From assembly GCA_965230375.1 (NCBI GenBank), contig CBDDKU010000029.1, forward strand, positions 67,926-131,925: a stretch of 64,000 nucleotides of DNA. Reading direction: 5' to 3'. The translations under genes were made by a program, and so were the position numbers. Position 1 is the stretch's first letter; every line of letters begins with the position of its first letter. The notes below the pieces were generated by a model. That model was given only the letters and a program-made list of their open reading frames with translations. It did not search any database and was not told where the DNA came from. Of the stretch, positions 62,256 through 64,000 are shown one piece after another. This DNA is from Cryomorpha sp. GTDB taxonomy: Bacteria > Bacteroidota > Bacteroidia > Flavobacteriales_D > Cryomorphaceae.

Positions 62256-64000
62256 TCACTGCTTCAAAAAGCGACCTGTAACAACGGAATCTTCAAATTG
62301 TACAACAACCACATATACCCCGGTAACAAAGCCGGAGATATCAAGTGTTTGATGAAATGAATATTTACCGCTAAATACTTGCCGACCTTGTATGTCGTAA
62401 ACGTGAATATTGGCACCAGGTTCAGCAGCACTTACATCAATCCAGATATAATCAGATGAAGGATTGGGATAGACCGCCATTTTGTGCTTGAAGTCTAAAT
62501 CATTAGTTCCTACTGGATCAACAGCACAGTCGTAATCTTCGGCATTAAAGGGTGTTTCAAAATATGAAGCCACATACTCTTCAAGGTACGGCCTGCGTTC
62601 TTCGCCAAAGTCTCTGAGTTCATTTGAAACCCGAGAATCCCAGCTAGACATGCTGGTTAAAAAGTGCCAACGATCTAGATTCCGAGGCATCCCGGGCGTG
62701 TAGATATCAACGAATCTGTCAATGGCAGCATTTAGGGTGTCTGGATGAAATTCATCTCGCATCAAACAAGCCAGTCTGGCTTTAAAGGCTTCCTCGTACT
62801 CCGGAGATTCGAGCATCGTTCTAAAAAGGAAGGTCGCCCAAGGTGGATTCGAGTAGTCGGAACTCGTCGTAGTTGTGGCCCGAATAAACGTGTTATTACT
62901 TGGCCCTAGATAGCCCCATCCAGAATCCGTATCAAAGAGTACCCAACGCCATCGCGTTCCTTCATAACCGCCCCGCCACACTTTGTGATTTCCAGCGGGC
63001 CAGTCCTTTTGAGCAAAGAAGATTTGAGTTGCATAATACTCGATCATGCTCGAAATATCCATCTGTGTGTCTATGTACTCATAGTTCGCCACGTCAGTCA
63101 TATCGGCATTTTCGATAAAATCCATCATCGCCGCATAGTGGTCATTTTCACCTTCGTAAATTCCCCAATCGGGATCTACATTTGGTCTAAACCCCGAACC
63201 GTGATTTAATATGTCGACAGAATCCTGGTGAAACCCGTACTCTTCTTCTATAAACTGAGCATCAATAAAGTCGCGCATGGTGTACATACCCCAATACTCC
63301 CCATTAATAAACACAACACATGGTCTCGCATGCTGACTTACAAAGTTGAGATCTCTGCAAACATAGGCCGTGACTTCATCCTTGATTACTGTTTTGTTCC
63401 AACAACCGTAATGGCATCGAAGCAATAGCTTATCAAATACTGTTTTTTCCTTAGTCTCAAAGAAAGAGTGGTGGAATTCACCAGCTCCAAGTTCATTTCT
63501 CGCATAAAGGCGCAGTGATTTTTGCGGTGCTCCCCTAGTCCGGCCGCCGTGTATTCTCACTCCAACATCCTGTGCCCAAACGGCTTCCATGTTTTCAAAA
63601 TACTCTATGTGGATCGGTCGCTCCCAGTCAGGTCCGCGCATGAAGTAATTTCCCGACCAAATAGAATTACCCGAGTCAAAATTCACTCCAGGTACGTAGA
63701 TTCCCCGCTCCTCGCTGAAAAGAGAGTCGGCGTGGCATTGCAAGGAGAAAACAGGGTATTCATTAAAAAGCTCTTCTACTTCATCGCCTATGGCGTAGGT
63801 TTTTGAAAACACCTGCGATGTCGGCACGCCAGCCACAAATGATTGGGCGCGTACCACATTTATTTCCATCACATCACCCGAAGGGGCCGACCAATAGGTG
63901 GATGTGGAAATATTGGATATCACATGGTCTGACAATGTAGCATCAGATAATTCAACAGGCTCTGTGTACAAAGCACTCTCGGATGTAGGCTCCGATCCGT
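62256..64000 (-). CDS. CotH-family protein with a T9SS type-A C-terminal sorting domain; 5' end lies outside the window
   Basis: CotH-like motifs are present: PQKSLRLYARNELG, YWGMYTMRDFID and WRWVLFDTDSGWG. The last 74 aa (nt 62259-62480), VYPNPSSDYIWI...VYDIQGRQV...GVYVVVV, form a type-A CTD. The frame stays open upstream of the TTG at 63971 to position 64000 (...GSEPTSESA-LYTEP). Confidence 0.75.
   Translation of the reverse strand, partial: GSEPTSESALYTEPVELSDATLSDHVISNISTSTYWSAPSGDVMEINVVRAQSFVAGVPTSQVFSKTYAIGDEVEELFNEYPVFSLQCHADSLFSEERGIYVPGVNFDSGNSIWSGNYFMRGPDWERPIHIEYFENMEAVWAQDVGVRIHGGRTRGAPQKSLRLYARNELGAGEFHHSFFETKEKTVFDKLLLRCHYGCWNKTVIKDEVTAYVCRDLNFVSQHARPCVVFINGEYWGMYTMRDFIDAQFIEEEYGFHQDSVDILNHGSGFRPNVDPDWGIYEGENDHYAAMMDFIENADMTDVANYEYIDTQMDISSMIEYYATQIFFAQKDWPAGNHKVWRGGYEGTRWRWVLFDTDSGWGYLGPSNNTFIRATTTTSSDYSNPPWATFLFRTMLESPEYEEAFKARLACLMRDEFHPDTLNAAIDRFVDIYTPGMPRNLDRWHFLTSMSSWDSRVSNELRDFGEERRPYLEEYVASYFETPFNAEDYDCAVDPVGTNDLDFKHKMAVYPNPSSDYIWIDVSAAEPGANIHVYDIQGRQVFSGKYSFHQTLDISGFVTGVYVVVVQFEDSVVTGRFLKQ

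Overview
Dense, chromosomal-looking 64-kb segment of a Bacteroidota (Flavobacteriia-like) genome. The assignment rests on gldJ, porU/porV, two PorP/SprF paralogs and several proteins with type IX secretion (T9SS) C-terminal sorting domains. I call 49 CDS. By my tally only about 1.8 kb (about 3%) is intergenic. I found no rRNA, tRNA, CRISPR array, transposase, integrase or phage gene.

Content from left to right:
- A truncated NRDE-family gene and a SiaB/DUF6272-like GHKL protein.
- One co-directional minus-strand block: an MbnP-like lipoprotein, a di-haem cytochrome c peroxidase, a 1680-aa adhesin with 18 PKD modules and a T9SS type-B sorting domain, a TPR/PD40 protein and a PorP/SprF protein, closed by a hairpin terminator.
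- An AddA-like helicase-nuclease and an AddB-like nuclease. They are separated by 4.9 kb carrying an SRAP/YedK peptidase, an ElaA-like GNAT, a second type-B T9SS adhesin, a small ORF and a TPR protein.
- An orphan OmpR-type response regulator, divergent from a menaquinone cluster (menI-menF-menD-[opposite-strand unknown]-menA-menC-menE). menB and menH are not in the window.
- A PASTA / T9SS cargo / rluD operon, then ddl, and a pheT / acyltransferase / rdgB operon, then recG.
- porU-porV-ispF-cdd-pdhA-E2, divergent from PorP/SprF-gldJ, then murF.
- An acyl-CoA dehydrogenase, anmK, a Leu/Val-type amino-acid dehydrogenase coupled to nhaD, exbB-exbD-tonB-folC, a small membrane protein, and a truncated CotH-family T9SS cargo.

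I do not see a clear-cut novel multi-gene system such as a defence island or a biosynthetic cluster. The best candidates for a second look are:
- the MbnP/MbnH-like pair outside any methanobactin context;
- the type-B cargo module whose middle gene lacks an OmpA domain;
- the extra PorP/SprF paralog between porU and gldJ;
- the split AddA/AddB pair;
- the T9SS cargo wedged into the PASTA-rluD operon;
- the secreted CotH-family protein.

All functional calls come from reading motifs in the supplied translations. No database search was run.
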